The notes beneath the pieces are model-generated. The model saw only the letters and a list, made by a program, of their open reading frames with translations. It made no database searches and was not told the origin of the DNA. Below, in pieces: positions 28,454 through 39,172 of a stretch of DNA of 64,000 nucleotides. The translations under genes were made by a program, and so were the position numbers. Source of the stretch: Longimicrobiales bacterium (GTDB lineage: Bacteria; Gemmatimonadota; Gemmatimonadetes; Longimicrobiales; Gaopeijiaceae); assembly GCA_965238005.1 (NCBI GenBank), contig OZ250165.1, positions 1,248,001 through 1,312,000 on the forward strand, written 5' to 3'. Every line of letters begins with the position of its first letter. Within the stretch, counting starts at the first letter, position 1.

Positions 28454-29686
28454 GTGACCGCCCGGAGCCAGAAAGGAAGGCCCACCACGTCCGAGACTCG
28501 CGCCCTACCCAGGAACGTCTGGGTGCTCTCGCTGACGAGCTTTCTCAGGGACATCGCCAGCGAGATGCTCGTCCATCTCTTGCCGCTCTTTCTGGCCAAC
28601 GTCCTGAGCGTGCGGATCGCCGTCATCGGCCTCATCGAGGGGGTGGCGGAGACGACAGCCAGCCTCATGAAAATCTACTCGGGCTGGCTGTCCGATAAGC
28701 TGGGCCGCCGGAAGGGGCTGACCGTGGGAGGGTACGGCGTGGCGGCGCTGGCCATGCCGTTGCTGCTCATCGCCCGGACCTGGCCGGTGGTCCTTCTGTA
28801 CCGGTTCTTGGACCGCATGGGGAAGGGCATCCGAACGGCTCCCCGCGATGCCCTCATCGCCGACTCGGTAGAGACGCACCAACGAGGGGCGGGCTTCGGC
28901 TTGCACCGGGCGGCGGACAGTGCGGGAGCCTTCCTGGGACTGCTCCTGGCCATCGCCTTCGTCTGGCGGATCCAGGGGGGGAGCGTCTCCTTGGACCAGG
29001 AGACCTTCCGGGCCATCGTGATGTGGGCCATGGTCCCCGCAGGCCTCGCCGCCCTGGTCGTGGCGGTGGGTGTGAAAGAGGTCGTGACGGATCGGCCCGC
29101 GACACTCCCCAGCATCAGCTTTCGGGGGGTCGACCCCCGTTTCAAGCGATTCCTGGTGGTGATGACGCTCTTCACCCTGGGCAACAGCACCGACGCGTTC
29201 CTCATCCTTCGAGCCCAGAGCGGCGGCGCATCGGTTCTCGCGATCCTCGCCCTGCTGGCCGGCTTCAACCTCGTCTACACGGTGCTCGCAGGTCCCGTGG
29301 GCGCCCTCTCCGACCGGATGGACCGGCGCAAGGTCATCATCGGGGGATGGTTGCTGTACGGTGGCGTGTACCTGGGCTTCGCCATGGCGGACCGGACGTG
29401 GCACTTCGGCGTGCTCTACGCCCTTTACGGGGCGTACTACGCCCTGACGGAGGGAGTGGCGAAAGCCTACGTGGCGGATCTGGTGCCGGAGCCCGAGCGC
29501 AGGGGCTCGGCCTACGGAGCCTACAACGGCGTCATCGGTCTCGCGGCCCTGCCGGCCAGCGTGATCGCGGGCGCTCTCTGGCAGGGGGTGGGGGAGTGGT
29601 CCGGCCTTGGCCCTGCCGCCCCCTTCCTCTTCGGTAGTGGCCTCTCCCTTGTGGCGGCAATGCTGCTCTGGCGCTGGGTCGACTGA
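28454..29686 (+). CDS. MFS transporter
   Basis: DIASEM, GWLSDKLGRRK, DRMGKGIRTAPRDALIADS and FTLGNSTDAFL motifs. Confidence 0.93.
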   Translation: MTARSQKGRPTTSETRALPRNVWVLSLTSFLRDIASEMLVHLLPLFLANVLSVRIAVIGLIEGVAETTASLMKIYSGWLSDKLGRRKGLTVGGYGVAALAMPLLLIARTWPVVLLYRFLDRMGKGIRTAPRDALIADSVETHQRGAGFGLHRAADSAGAFLGLLLAIAFVWRIQGGSVSLDQETFRAIVMWAMVPAGLAALVVAVGVKEVVTDRPATLPSISFRGVDPRFKRFLVVMTLFTLGNSTDAFLILRAQSGGASVLAILALLAGFNLVYTVLAGPVGALSDRMDRRKVIIGGWLLYGGVYLGFAMADRTWHFGVLYALYGAYYALTEGVAKAYVADLVPEPERRGSAYGAYNGVIGLAALPASVIAGALWQGVGEWSGLGPAAPFLFGSGLSLVAAMLLWRWVD

Positions 29687-29721
29687 CGCCGGGTCGACCG
29701 AGGCAGCGCCTGCGGCGACGC

Positions 29722-32700
29722 TCAGTCCAGGTCGCTGATCACCGGTGGCATGTTCCGGTCTCGGAGCATGCGGTTGAACCCCGCCACGTCCGTCCGAAGT
29801 AGCTCGTCGACCTCGGCGCGGTATCGCATGACCCTCTCGTTCAGGATGACCTGCACGTCGCGCGCCTGATCCGTAGGTGCAAAGTCCCCGGTGGCCACGG
29901 CTCCGGCCAGGTAGCGGATCTCCTCAACGAGCTTGGGAGCCCAGCGGACTCCGTCCTGTCCGGTGCCCGTGGTCAGCAGCCGGATCAGGTTGCCTTCGGC
30001 GGCGATGAGCTTCTCGTCCAGCTCGGCGGCGGCCTCGAGGATCTCGGGCGCGTCCCCCCGGTCCTCCAGCACACGGTTCAGGTCGTAGAGCTGGCGACGA
30101 ACCCACTCGAGCCGGTTCACCATGCCAACGACGACTTCGTAGTCGTCCCTGAGCTCCGAGAACAGGGCCACCTGTGCTCGGATGTTCGCCTCCGTGCCCT
30201 CGGAGTTGGGATCCTTGAGGACCCTGAGCTCCTGCGACTGGCTCTGGCCGTCCACGTCCAGCGTGACCGTGTACGTGCCGGGGGGGACCAGCATGGAGAG
30301 GTCTTGGCCGCCCGACCGCCATCCCTCGTCACCGAGGTCCACCCAGTCGGCGTACAGAGGCTTGGTGCGTAGCTTGATCTGAGTGGAGGGTTCGTCTTGG
30401 AGATCCCACCATACCTGATTGATCCCGGGACTGCCCGGCCCCGCCAGCGTCCGGATGTGTCGTCCCGACCGATCAGTGATCCTCAACGTCACGCTATCCT
30501 CGAGGGCATCGGCCAGCCAGTAGTTGATCGACGCACCGTCGGGCGGGTTCTCTCCCGCCGTCAGATCGTTGGGCAGGGCGCGCGCTCTGGTCAACGGCTG
30601 GAACCGGTACGCGTCCCGAGGCTCGAACAGATGGGCCGAAGACGCCACAACGTCGGACGTCAGCTGCTGCAGCGGGGTGATGTCGTCCAGGATCCAGAAG
30701 CCACGCCCGTACGTCCCCACCACCAGATCGTTGAAGCGCTCTTGTACGACGAGCCAGTACATGGGGCTCGCAGGAAGGTTGTTCTGTAGCGGCTGCCACC
30801 TGTCCCCGTCGTCGAAGGAAACGTACAGGGCGTTCTCGGTGCCCAGGTACAGGAGTCCGGGGCGCACCGGATCCTCGTGGATGCTCCTCGCGTAGCTCAG
30901 GGGACTGTCGGCGATCCCGTCCACGATCTTCGCCCAGCTCTCCCCGTAGTCCTCCGTCTTGTAGACGTGAGGCTCGAAGTTCCCTTGTTGATGATGCTCG
31001 ATGGCGATGTATGCCTTGCCGGCGTCGTATCTCGAAGCATCGATGTTCCGCACTACTCCATCGGGAGGAAGGTCCGGGAGGTTTTGCGTGACGTTCGTCC
31101 AGTTTGCGCCATCGTCCCTGCTCACGTGAACGAGGCCGTCGTTCGATCCCGTCCAGAGTACGCCGGGCTGGACGGAGGACTCGTCGAAGGCGTAGATCAC
31201 ACAGCAGAACTCCACCCCGATGTTGTCTGGCGTGAGCCCGCCCGAGATCCCCTGCTTGGACAGGTCGTTGGTCGTGAGGTCGGGGCTGATCACATCCCAA
31301 CTCTGTCCGCCGTCCGTCGTTCGGTGCACGTGCTGGCTGGTGACATAGATGGTGTTCCGGTCGTGAGGCGAGATGTGCAGCGGGAAGGTCCACTGGAACC
31401 GGTAGCGGACCCCGCTCGCGGGCTGTCCGCTGGCCAGCTCCGGCCACACCTCCACGTTTCGGAACTGTCGGGTTCGGGCATTCCAGCGCACCACGATGCC
31501 GCCCCGGGCGCCCGAGCCCGAAGCGCTCGACCACACGATGTTCGGATCCTCCGGATCGGGCGTGGCGAACCCGCTCTCCCCACCGCCGACAGTGGTCCAC
31601 TCCGAGCGCTGGATGGTCCCGCCCCCCGGGCTGTTGCTCGGGCCGCGGAACGAGGGGCCGTCCTGCCTATTCCCCATCACGTTGTACGGGATCGCGTCGT
31701 CCACGGTCACGTGGTACATCTGGCCCACGGGGAGTTCGACCCGGTGCCACGTGTCCCCACGGTTCACCGAGACGGCCAGGCCACCGTCGTTGCCGACGAT
31801 CGTGCGGTCCCCGTCGTGGGGATCGATCCACATGTCGTGGTAGTCACCGCCCGGCCGGCGTCGATCCCGCTCGTTGACGTAGGTGTGCCCTCCGTCGAGC
31901 GTGCGGGCGAGCTGCGAGGTCAGGAAGTAGACCTCGTCCGGATCCTCGGAATTGACGAAGCAGTTGTTGTAGTAGGCTGTGCGCCCCCCGAGGTCGCGGC
32001 TGTGGTTGATGAGCTCCCACGTGGAGCCTCCGTCGTCCGACCGCCAGAGCTCACCGCTCTCCGTCTCGCGCCCGTGCCAGGGTACCCCGTCACCGGTCTC
32101 GATCAGGGCGTAGACGCGATCCGGGTCGGCCGGCGCCAGGCAGATATCGGTCTTCCCCACCGGCAACGTCGGCAGCCCGTTCCCCTCCAGCTTCGTCCAG
32201 GAATCGCCTCCGTCCTTGGACATGTAGATCCCGCTGCCCTCACCGCCGCTCTCACGTCCCCATGTGTGGACTTCTAGCGTCCACATCCCGGCGAAGAGCT
32301 TGCGAGGGTTGTGTGGGTCCATCTCGATGCTCGAGGCACCTGTGTTCTCGTCTACGAACAGCACGTGCTCCCAGGTCTTCCCACCGTCCTCCGTGCGGAA
32401 GACCCCGCGCGTCTGCTGGGGGCCATGTGCGTGTCCCAGGGCTCCCACGTACACGATGTCCGGATTGGTGGGATGGATGACGATCCGCGAGGTGCGCGTC
32501 GGTCCGCCTTCGCCGAGCCCCATGTGCTGCCACGTGTCTCCTCCGTCCGTGGACTTGTAGACGCCCGTGCCGAGGGAGACGTTCGAGCGGATGTGCGGCT
32601 CGCCGGTTCCCGCCCAGACGATCTGCGGGTCCGACGGCGCCACTGCGAGAGCCCCCACGGCGTGGTCCGACTGACCGTCGAAGATGGGCTCCCAGTACTC

Positions 32701-32949
32701 GCCACCGTCCACGGACTTCCAGATTCCGCCGGATGCGCTGCCCACGTAGTAGGTCAGCCGGTCGCCAGGCACGCCCGCGACCGAAGCGATCCGATTCCCT
32801 ACGGGCCCGATGTGCCGGTACCGGAGGCTCTCGTACAGATCGGGCGAGACGCCTTGTGTGAGGCCCTCCGCGGCCGTGCCCGCGAGCACGGTGAGAACCG
32901 AGAGGAGCAGGGGGAAAAGGCGGCGAAGTCCGGGCGTGCGCGTGAACAT
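29722..32949 (-). CDS. Large secreted BNR/VPS10 (sortilin-like) glycosyl hydrolase family protein
   Basis: YRHIGP..GNRI start and many S/T-x-D-G-G-x-x-W boxes; start set at MFTRTPG. Confidence 0.9.
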   Translation of the reverse strand: MFTRTPGLRRLFPLLLSVLTVLAGTAAEGLTQGVSPDLYESLRYRHIGPVGNRIASVAGVPGDRLTYYVGSASGGIWKSVDGGEYWEPIFDGQSDHAVGALAVAPSDPQIVWAGTGEPHIRSNVSLGTGVYKSTDGGDTWQHMGLGEGGPTRTSRIVIHPTNPDIVYVGALGHAHGPQQTRGVFRTEDGGKTWEHVLFVDENTGASSIEMDPHNPRKLFAGMWTLEVHTWGRESGGEGSGIYMSKDGGDSWTKLEGNGLPTLPVGKTDICLAPADPDRVYALIETGDGVPWHGRETESGELWRSDDGGSTWELINHSRDLGGRTAYYNNCFVNSEDPDEVYFLTSQLARTLDGGHTYVNERDRRRPGGDYHDMWIDPHDGDRTIVGNDGGLAVSVNRGDTWHRVELPVGQMYHVTVDDAIPYNVMGNRQDGPSFRGPSNSPGGGTIQRSEWTTVGGGESGFATPDPEDPNIVWSSASGSGARGGIVVRWNARTRQFRNVEVWPELASGQPASGVRYRFQWTFPLHISPHDRNTIYVTSQHVHRTTDGGQSWDVISPDLTTNDLSKQGISGGLTPDNIGVEFCCVIYAFDESSVQPGVLWTGSNDGLVHVSRDDGANWTNVTQNLPDLPPDGVVRNIDASRYDAGKAYIAIEHHQQGNFEPHVYKTEDYGESWAKIVDGIADSPLSYARSIHEDPVRPGLLYLGTENALYVSFDDGDRWQPLQNNLPASPMYWLVVQERFNDLVVGTYGRGFWILDDITPLQQLTSDVVASSAHLFEPRDAYRFQPLTRARALPNDLTAGENPPDGASINYWLADALEDSVTLRITDRSGRHIRTLAGPGSPGINQVWWDLQDEPSTQIKLRTKPLYADWVDLGDEGWRSGGQDLSMLVPPGTYTVTLDVDGQSQSQELRVLKDPNSEGTEANIRAQVALFSELRDDYEVVVGMVNRLEWVRRQLYDLNRVLEDRGDAPEILEAAAELDEKLIAAEGNLIRLLTTGTGQDGVRWAPKLVEEIRYLAGAVATGDFAPTDQARDVQVILNERVMRYRAEVDELLRTDVAGFNRMLRDRNMPPVISDLD

Positions 32950-33057
32950 CGAAAGTCTCCTGAACTTGAGAGGGTAGGCCCTCACAAATAGCCCGCTGCG
33001 GCGCCGTACGGCAAGCGGGTGAACCTGCCGACTTCGTGGGCGTCGGAGCACCGGCGC

Positions 33058-33588
33058 TCAGGACACCAGCTTCACCTCGGTCAGCGCGAAGGAGAGTGCT
33101 TGGACCGAGCGCTCCGTGACCATTCCGGCGGCCTTCCGGCAGTACTCGTCGTCGTCGGTCTCCAAGGCGCTCCTGAGGATGCGCACCGTTGCGGCCGAGG
33201 CCTCGGCGAGAGCCTGGGAGCTTTCCACGGACACGTCTTCGATGCGGGTGAGGACCTCACGTACGCCCTTTTCCCACTGCATCGCGAGCACCTCGGCCTC
33301 TGCCCGCGAGCGTGTGGACTCCACGAGCACGCGCCAGAGGGCGTCCTGATAGCGGCGCCCGAGCTCCGGTGTGTCGACGGGGACGCCTTCGCCCACACGT
33401 GCGACCAGAGCGAAGTAGTGGGCCACGAGCGATCTGACGCGCAGGATCTCGGCCGCCTGGATCCGCTGTACCGCTGTGAGCGCGAACGCGGGATCCGCGT
33501 GCGCCATGGGGAAGCCACCTGTGAACGCGGCGGCGATCGTATGGTGCAGGAAGCGGTTTAGCTCGACCTTCTTCTTGAACAGGGCCAT
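33058..33588 (-). CDS. Hypothetical protein
   Basis: GAGGT SD before MALFKKKVEL; 176 aa; no family recognised. Confidence 0.55.
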   Translation of the reverse strand: MALFKKKVELNRFLHHTIAAAFTGGFPMAHADPAFALTAVQRIQAAEILRVRSLVAHYFALVARVGEGVPVDTPELGRRYQDALWRVLVESTRSRAEAEVLAMQWEKGVREVLTRIEDVSVESSQALAEASAATVRILRSALETDDDEYCRKAAGMVTERSVQALSFALTEVKLVS

Positions 33589-33747
33589 CCACACCTCTTG
33601 TGGGATGTCCGTGGGGCGCTTCCACCGTGTCAATATTTGGCAGGTCCCGCCTTCGGTGCAATGGCCGGCACATTCGAGTTCATGGGCGATGGCCCCGGAG
33701 GACCGGCCCTCCGAGGCGGGATGGCCGAGAAGGACGACATCGCCCTC

Positions 33748-35880
33748 CTACAGCAGCCCAGCACCGCGAGCCCACTGGTATTTCGCGCCGAGGATCGCGA
33801 CGGGGAGCTCCGTGGTGTACGGACAGGCGACGATGCCTCGCTCGTAGAGGTACTCGGAGGCTTCCTCGACTTCCACGTCACCCACCAGCGAGGCCACGAT
33901 GGGTTTGTCAATGCCTTTGTCTCTGGCTTCCTGAACCACGCGGGCACAGAGCTCGGCGAAGACCATAGGCGGCGTAATGATGGTATGCCAATAGCCCAGG
34001 ACGAGTGCGTGGACGCGATCGTCTTCGAGTCCGAGACGAATGGTGTTCTCGTAAGTGATCGGCGGCTCTCCGCCCGTGATATCCACCGGGTTTCCCCAAG
34101 CACCGAACGGAGGAATGAACTCCTTGAAGGCCTCGTCCAGATCCTGCGGAAGCTTCATCAAGGAAAGCCCGTTATCCACGATCGCGTCGGACAGGAGTAC
34201 ACCGGAACCGCCCGCGCCTGTGATGATCACGATGTCCTCGCCTTTCGGTGTGGGAAGGACCGGAAGGCCGCGCGCAAACTGCAGCAGGTCGTTGAGGCTG
34301 TAGGCGCGAATCACACCGCTGGCTCGCAGCACGTCATCGTAGATCTTGTCGTTACCCGCCAATGCGCCTGTGTGCGAAGCCGCAGCCTTCGCGCCGAGCT
34401 GAGTGCGGCCCGCCTTCAGCATGACGACGGGCTTTTTCTTGGAGACGCGTTTCGCGACCTCGGCGAAGCTTTGGCCGTCCTTGAGATCCTCCGCATGCAT
34501 CGCGATGACGTCGGTATTGTCATCCTGCTCGAAGTAGGTGAGCAGATCATCTTCGTCGAGATCCGACTTGTTGCCCAGTCCGACGATGGCCGAGACGCCC
34601 ATTTTCGTCGATCGGCTGAAGCCGATGATGGACATGCCGACACCACCGCTCTGTGAAGACAACGCGGTTCTGCCCTTGACGTCATACGGGGTGCAGAAGG
34701 TGGCGCAGAGATTCGCGGGCGTGTAATAGAACCCATAGATGTTGGGTCCCATGATGCGCACGTTATGCTTGCGTGCTGTGGCAAGGAGCTCATCCTGGAG
34801 CTCCGTCTCCCCTACCTCGGCAAAGCCCGAAGGGATCATGATCGCACCGGGAATGCCCTTCTGACCCACCTCTTCCATCGCACCCACGCAAAATTTCGCG
34901 GGGACCGCGAAGACGGCGACGTCAACGACACCCGGGACGTCTTTGACGCTCTTATAGACCTTCTTGCCGAGTATCTCGTCGGCCTTCGGGTTGATCGGGT
35001 AGAGCTCCCCTTCATAACCGCCATTGATGATGTTCTTCATCACCGAGTTCCCGATCTTGCCTTCACCATCGGACGCACCGATCACCGCGACCGCTTTCGG
35101 GTTCATGATGCGACTCATGGCCGAGACGATCTCTTCCTGACTCGGGCGATACATTTCCTTGGGCGGCGAAAAATCGACGGCAATCAGCGCATCGACCGCC
35201 GTCGCGCCATTGGCATCCGCCAGGATCGGGTTGAGGTCGATCTCCTGGATCTCCGGAAAATCGCTGATCAGCTCGGAGACATTGACGATGATGCTCGCCA
35301 GGGCATCTCGGTTGACGGCTTTCGAGCCCCTGACGCCGCTCAGCACCTCAGCCGCCTGGATGCTGTCCAGCATAGACTGCGCGTCGTCACTCGTGGCGGG
35401 AGCCAAGCGGAAGGTGATGTCTTTCAACACTTCCACCAGGATGCCGCCGAGCCCGAACGCCACGAGTTTTCCGAAGCTCGGGTCCGTGACCGCGCCCACG
35501 ATCACTTCCAGACGATCGCCGGTCACCATCTCCTGGATCTGAACGCCCGCGATGTTGGCGTCGCCTTTGTACGCCTTGGCATTACCAACGATGCTCTCGT
35601 AGCCGGCCGCGGCAGCTTCGGAGTCCGCCACGCCGATCAGTACGCCCCCGGCTTCCGTCTTATGCAGGATGTCCGGCGAGACGATCTTCATGACCACGGG
35701 GTAGCCGATGTTCTCGGCCATTGCAGAAGCCTCCGCGCCAGACTGGGCAAGCCCTTCACTAGGCACGGGAATGTCGTAGGTGTCGCACACCGTCCTGCAT
35801 TCCGGAGCGGTTAGAGAGGTGCGCCCCTCGGATTTCACCTGGTCCAATACCGCGCGGACACCTTCGCGCCGGCTACCCAT
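33748..35880 (-). CDS. Acetate--CoA ligase (ADP-forming) family protein; ATP-grasp domain N-terminal, CoA-binding domain C-terminal
   Basis: YPVVMKIVSPDILHKTEAGGV, AVIGAS, MGPN, SQSGG, SHTGALAG (phospho-His) and NPVD motifs. Confidence 0.9.
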   Translation of the reverse strand: MGSRREGVRAVLDQVKSEGRTSLTAPECRTVCDTYDIPVPSEGLAQSGAEASAMAENIGYPVVMKIVSPDILHKTEAGGVLIGVADSEAAAAGYESIVGNAKAYKGDANIAGVQIQEMVTGDRLEVIVGAVTDPSFGKLVAFGLGGILVEVLKDITFRLAPATSDDAQSMLDSIQAAEVLSGVRGSKAVNRDALASIIVNVSELISDFPEIQEIDLNPILADANGATAVDALIAVDFSPPKEMYRPSQEEIVSAMSRIMNPKAVAVIGASDGEGKIGNSVMKNIINGGYEGELYPINPKADEILGKKVYKSVKDVPGVVDVAVFAVPAKFCVGAMEEVGQKGIPGAIMIPSGFAEVGETELQDELLATARKHNVRIMGPNIYGFYYTPANLCATFCTPYDVKGRTALSSQSGGVGMSIIGFSRSTKMGVSAIVGLGNKSDLDEDDLLTYFEQDDNTDVIAMHAEDLKDGQSFAEVAKRVSKKKPVVMLKAGRTQLGAKAAASHTGALAGNDKIYDDVLRASGVIRAYSLNDLLQFARGLPVLPTPKGEDIVIITGAGGSGVLLSDAIVDNGLSLMKLPQDLDEAFKEFIPPFGAWGNPVDITGGEPPITYENTIRLGLEDDRVHALVLGYWHTIITPPMVFAELCARVVQEARDKGIDKPIVASLVGDVEVEEASEYLYERGIVACPYTTELPVAILGAKYQWARGAGLL

Positions 35881-35900
35881 GTTCGATCTTCTTCTTGTTC

Positions 35901-35978
35901 GCGGCCCAGCGGCCGCCCCTGCAACCCATTCGCTTCATTGGAGCGCAACACCCTTTCGCGGCCCGGCGGCCGCTCCCT
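35901..35978. repeat. Two short REP-like hairpins GCGGCC-N4-GGCCGC between frc and the ligase
   Basis: GCGGCCCAGCGGCCGC at 35901 and GCGGCCCGGCGGCCGC at 35958. Confidence 0.55.
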
Positions 35979-35991
35979 CGATCGCGACGTT

Positions 35992-37230
35992 TCATCTTGT
36001 AAAAGCGCCCGCTTCCTTCAACCCATCGATCTCGCTGCCCTCGTAGCCCAGCACCTCCCTGAGAATTTCATCGGTATGCTCGCCCAGCAGCGGCGAACGC
36101 TCGATCTCCACTGGGGAGTCGGAGAGCTTGATCGGGCAGCCCAGGTTGTACCACTTGCCGCGCTCCGGGTGATCGAGTTCCACATACATCTCGCGCTGCC
36201 TTACGTGCTCGTCGTTGGCCAGGTCCATGGTGCTCAAGACCGGGCCGCAGGGTACGTTGATCTCGTTGAAGATCTCCATGAGCTCGCGCTTGGTATGGTT
36301 GCTTGCGAACTCGGTCAGCAAGGCCCACATCGCACCCTGGTTCTGGCGGCGCGCATCGATCTTTTCGAAACGCGGATCCTTGACGAGTTCTTCACCCCCG
36401 ATCAGCTCCGCCAGCGTGTCCCAGACGCGCTCCTGGACGACGACGTAGAGATAATCGTTTGAGCCACCGGGCTTGCACCGGATCGCGTTGCCGAGCTGGC
36501 CGCCGCCAGAATCGTTACCGGCTCGAGGCGTAGAGTCCTCGAACTCCTGAATGGAATACTCCGACAGGGGCCCGCGCTGGACGCGTTGGTGATCCCGCCA
36601 CTTCACGCGCGCTAGATTCATCACACAGTCCATCATCGCGCACTCCACGTACTGGCCACGCCCCGTGCGCTCCCGCTGTATGAGTGCGGCGAGGATGCCG
36701 GCCATCAGGTGTACGCCCGTCCCCGAGTCGCCAATCTGCGCACCCGTCACGGCAGGGGGACCATCGAACATTCCCGAGGTGCTCATGGAACCACCCATGG
36801 CCTGCGCGATATTCTCATAGGCCTTGAACGCTGCGTACGGTCCTTCGGTGCCGAACCCCTTGATGGAGGCCATGACGATTCGGGGATTGATCTCGTGGAC
36901 CTTCTTCCACCCGAAACCGAGCCGATCCAATACGCCCGGCCCAAAGTTCTCCATGAGCACGTCGCAGGTCTCCACGAGCTTCGCAAAGACCTCTTTGCCC
37001 TTGTCGTTCTTCAGGTTCACGGTGATCGAGCGCTTGTTGCAGTTCAGCATCGTGAAGTAGAGGCTGTCGGCGTCCGGGATGTCCCGCAGCTGCTTGCGCG
37101 TGGCGTCTCCCATCGGGGATTCGAGCTTGATGACGTCCGCACCCAGGAAGCCCATCAGCTGGCTCGAGGTCGGACCCGCCTGCACGTGGGTCATGTCCAG
37201 GATGCGAACGTCAGAGAGTGCCTTATCCAT
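35992..37230 (-). CDS. frc: Formyl-CoA transferase (family III CoA-transferase)
   Basis: HVQAGP, DSLYFTMLNCNKRS, YENIAQ, IGDSGTG (catalytic Asp) and PRAGNDSGGGQ motifs; start MDKALSD at 37230. Confidence 0.9.
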   Translation of the reverse strand: MDKALSDVRILDMTHVQAGPTSSQLMGFLGADVIKLESPMGDATRKQLRDIPDADSLYFTMLNCNKRSITVNLKNDKGKEVFAKLVETCDVLMENFGPGVLDRLGFGWKKVHEINPRIVMASIKGFGTEGPYAAFKAYENIAQAMGGSMSTSGMFDGPPAVTGAQIGDSGTGVHLMAGILAALIQRERTGRGQYVECAMMDCVMNLARVKWRDHQRVQRGPLSEYSIQEFEDSTPRAGNDSGGGQLGNAIRCKPGGSNDYLYVVVQERVWDTLAELIGGEELVKDPRFEKIDARRQNQGAMWALLTEFASNHTKRELMEIFNEINVPCGPVLSTMDLANDEHVRQREMYVELDHPERGKWYNLGCPIKLSDSPVEIERSPLLGEHTDEILREVLGYEGSEIDGLKEAGAFTR

Positions 37231-37247
37231 GGTCGGTTGTGCTCCGA

Positions 37248-38999
37248 TCACTTGTACATGGTTTGACGTTTGGTTCCGGGTGACCATTCGCCAGGGTCCA
37301 CCCAGATATTGATGACCGCGGACTTGCCGGATGTTTTCACGGCTTCCCGCGCGCGTTGCATCGAAGGTTGGATCTCCGCTGGGTCTCGCACCTCCTCGCC
37401 GTATCCGCCGAGCATCTCGGCGAACTTGGAGAAAGGCACGTCGCCCAGAAGATTGCCGACGTTGCCACGCTCCTCGCCATACTTGGACAGCTGCCCGTAG
37501 CGAATCTGATTCATGGCGGAGTTGTTGCCGATGACCGCGATGTACGGAGCGCTGAATCGATTGGCCGTCTCCATGTCGAAAGCAGTCATGCCGAAAGAGC
37601 CGTCGCCGTAGTAGCAGAGGACCTCTTTGGTGGGATGCACCAGTTTCGAGGCCAGCGCGAAGCCGGTGCCGACACCCAGGCCGCCCAGCGCGCCCGGGTC
37701 CATCCAGTTGCCTGGCGCTCGGGGCTGAACCGCCTGGGCACTGATGGTGACCACATCGCCGCCGTCGCCAATATAGATGGTGTCCTCGGTGAGGAACTCG
37801 TTCAGCTCCCACGCGACGCGATACGGATGGATGGGGTGTGCGTCCGACAAAAAGAGCGGCATCAGCTTTTCCGTCTTCTTCTGCTCGATGGCTCGCAAGT
37901 GCTCGAGCCAGTTCGCCCGCCCTTTGGCCCCGTTGTCCACGAGACCGGTGGTGGCGTCATGCACGGCCCTCAGGATCGCGCCGGGATCACCCACGAGTCC
38001 GAGCGACACGTCGCGGTTCTTTGCCACAGTCCTGTAGTCCATGTCGATGTGCACCACCGTGGCGTCAGCACGCAATCGTCGGCCGTAGCCCATCCGGAAA
38101 TCGAATGGCGTACCGACGATGACGATGACGTCAGCCTCCTTGAAGGCATCGCTGCGGGTGCGGTGGAAATAGTGGGGATCGCCCGGCGGGAGGATTCCGC
38201 GCGAAGCGCCGTTCATGTAGCCCGGGATATTCAGACCTCTCAGGAGTGCAATGGCCTCTTCGTGGCCGCGGCAGGTCCACACTTGGGTGCCCAGTAGGAT
38301 GGCCGGTCGTTCGGACTTGACCAGGATCTCCGCCAGCTTCTCGATATCGGCGGGATCACCGATGGACTTCGTGGAGGCCCGATAGTGGCCGGCCTTCGGC
38401 ATGATGGCTTTCTCGAGGGGTACCTCGCCGTCCAACACGTCACGGGGGATCTCGAGATAGCTCGGTCCGGGCGCGCCGGCAAAGCACTCCCTGGCTGCCA
38501 TGGACACCATGTCCGCGATTCGTTCCGTGGACCCCACGCTTGCGGAGAACTTGGTAATCGGCGCGGCGATGTCCACGTGGGGTAGATCCTGGAGCGACCC
38601 CATCTTGTGCTGGGTAAGGGCACCCTGACCGCCAATGTGCAGTACTGGACTCTCGGATCGAAACGCCGTTGCAATGCCTGTGAGCGCATTCGTAAAGCCG
38701 GGTCCCGCCGTCGTGATCACGCACCCCAACCGGCCGGTCTGGCGCGCGTAGCCGTCCGCGGCATGGGCCGCCACCTGCTCGTGGCGCACATCGATGATGC
38801 GAATGTCGTTGTCGATACAGCCGTCGTACGTGTCGATGATGTGCCCGCCGCAGAGGGTGAAGATCGTATCGATCCCCTCGTTCTTGAGTGCCGCGGCCAC
38901 CAGATGACCACCCGAGATGACGTTCGCGTCCTGGCTCTTTCTCGCCAGAGTGTCTTCCGCCGTCGTAGTTTTCGCTTTTTCTGTGGAGACGCTTGCCAT
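37248..38999 (-). CDS. ThDP-dependent enzyme of the oxalyl-CoA decarboxylase/2-hydroxyacyl-CoA lyase superfamily
   Basis: DVRHEQVAAHAADGYAR, TAGPG and GDGSFG...NN ThDP motif; adjacent to frc. Confidence 0.85.
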   Translation of the reverse strand: MASVSTEKAKTTTAEDTLARKSQDANVISGGHLVAAALKNEGIDTIFTLCGGHIIDTYDGCIDNDIRIIDVRHEQVAAHAADGYARQTGRLGCVITTAGPGFTNALTGIATAFRSESPVLHIGGQGALTQHKMGSLQDLPHVDIAAPITKFSASVGSTERIADMVSMAARECFAGAPGPSYLEIPRDVLDGEVPLEKAIMPKAGHYRASTKSIGDPADIEKLAEILVKSERPAILLGTQVWTCRGHEEAIALLRGLNIPGYMNGASRGILPPGDPHYFHRTRSDAFKEADVIVIVGTPFDFRMGYGRRLRADATVVHIDMDYRTVAKNRDVSLGLVGDPGAILRAVHDATTGLVDNGAKGRANWLEHLRAIEQKKTEKLMPLFLSDAHPIHPYRVAWELNEFLTEDTIYIGDGGDVVTISAQAVQPRAPGNWMDPGALGGLGVGTGFALASKLVHPTKEVLCYYGDGSFGMTAFDMETANRFSAPYIAVIGNNSAMNQIRYGQLSKYGEERGNVGNLLGDVPFSKFAEMLGGYGEEVRDPAEIQPSMQRAREAVKTSGKSAVINIWVDPGEWSPGTKRQTMYK

Positions 39000-39031
39000 G
39001 AGATGCTCCCGGTAGACTTTGCTCAGGTCAG

Positions 39032-39172
39032 CTAAGCCAAGTAGTCGACGTAATTGTTGATGTGCTCCGCCAGTCCGAAGCAGTGTTCACGCACGAGCCG
39101 CTCCGCCAGCTCGGTGTCCCGATTCTCGATGGTTTCGATGATGTGCATGTGATCGATGATGGAGCGGCTCAC
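39032..39172 (-). pseudogene. C-terminal (FCD) remnant of a GntR regulator
   Basis: VSRSIIDHMHIIETIENRDTELAERLVREHCFGLAEHINNYVDYLA*; HTH half absent; in-frame stop in CTAGCTAG just upstream. Confidence 0.75.

Noticed and set aside
37231..37812. N-terminal extension of frc (606-aa ORF)
   Set aside because: Overlaps the ThDP enzyme in another frame; Frc homology starts at 37230
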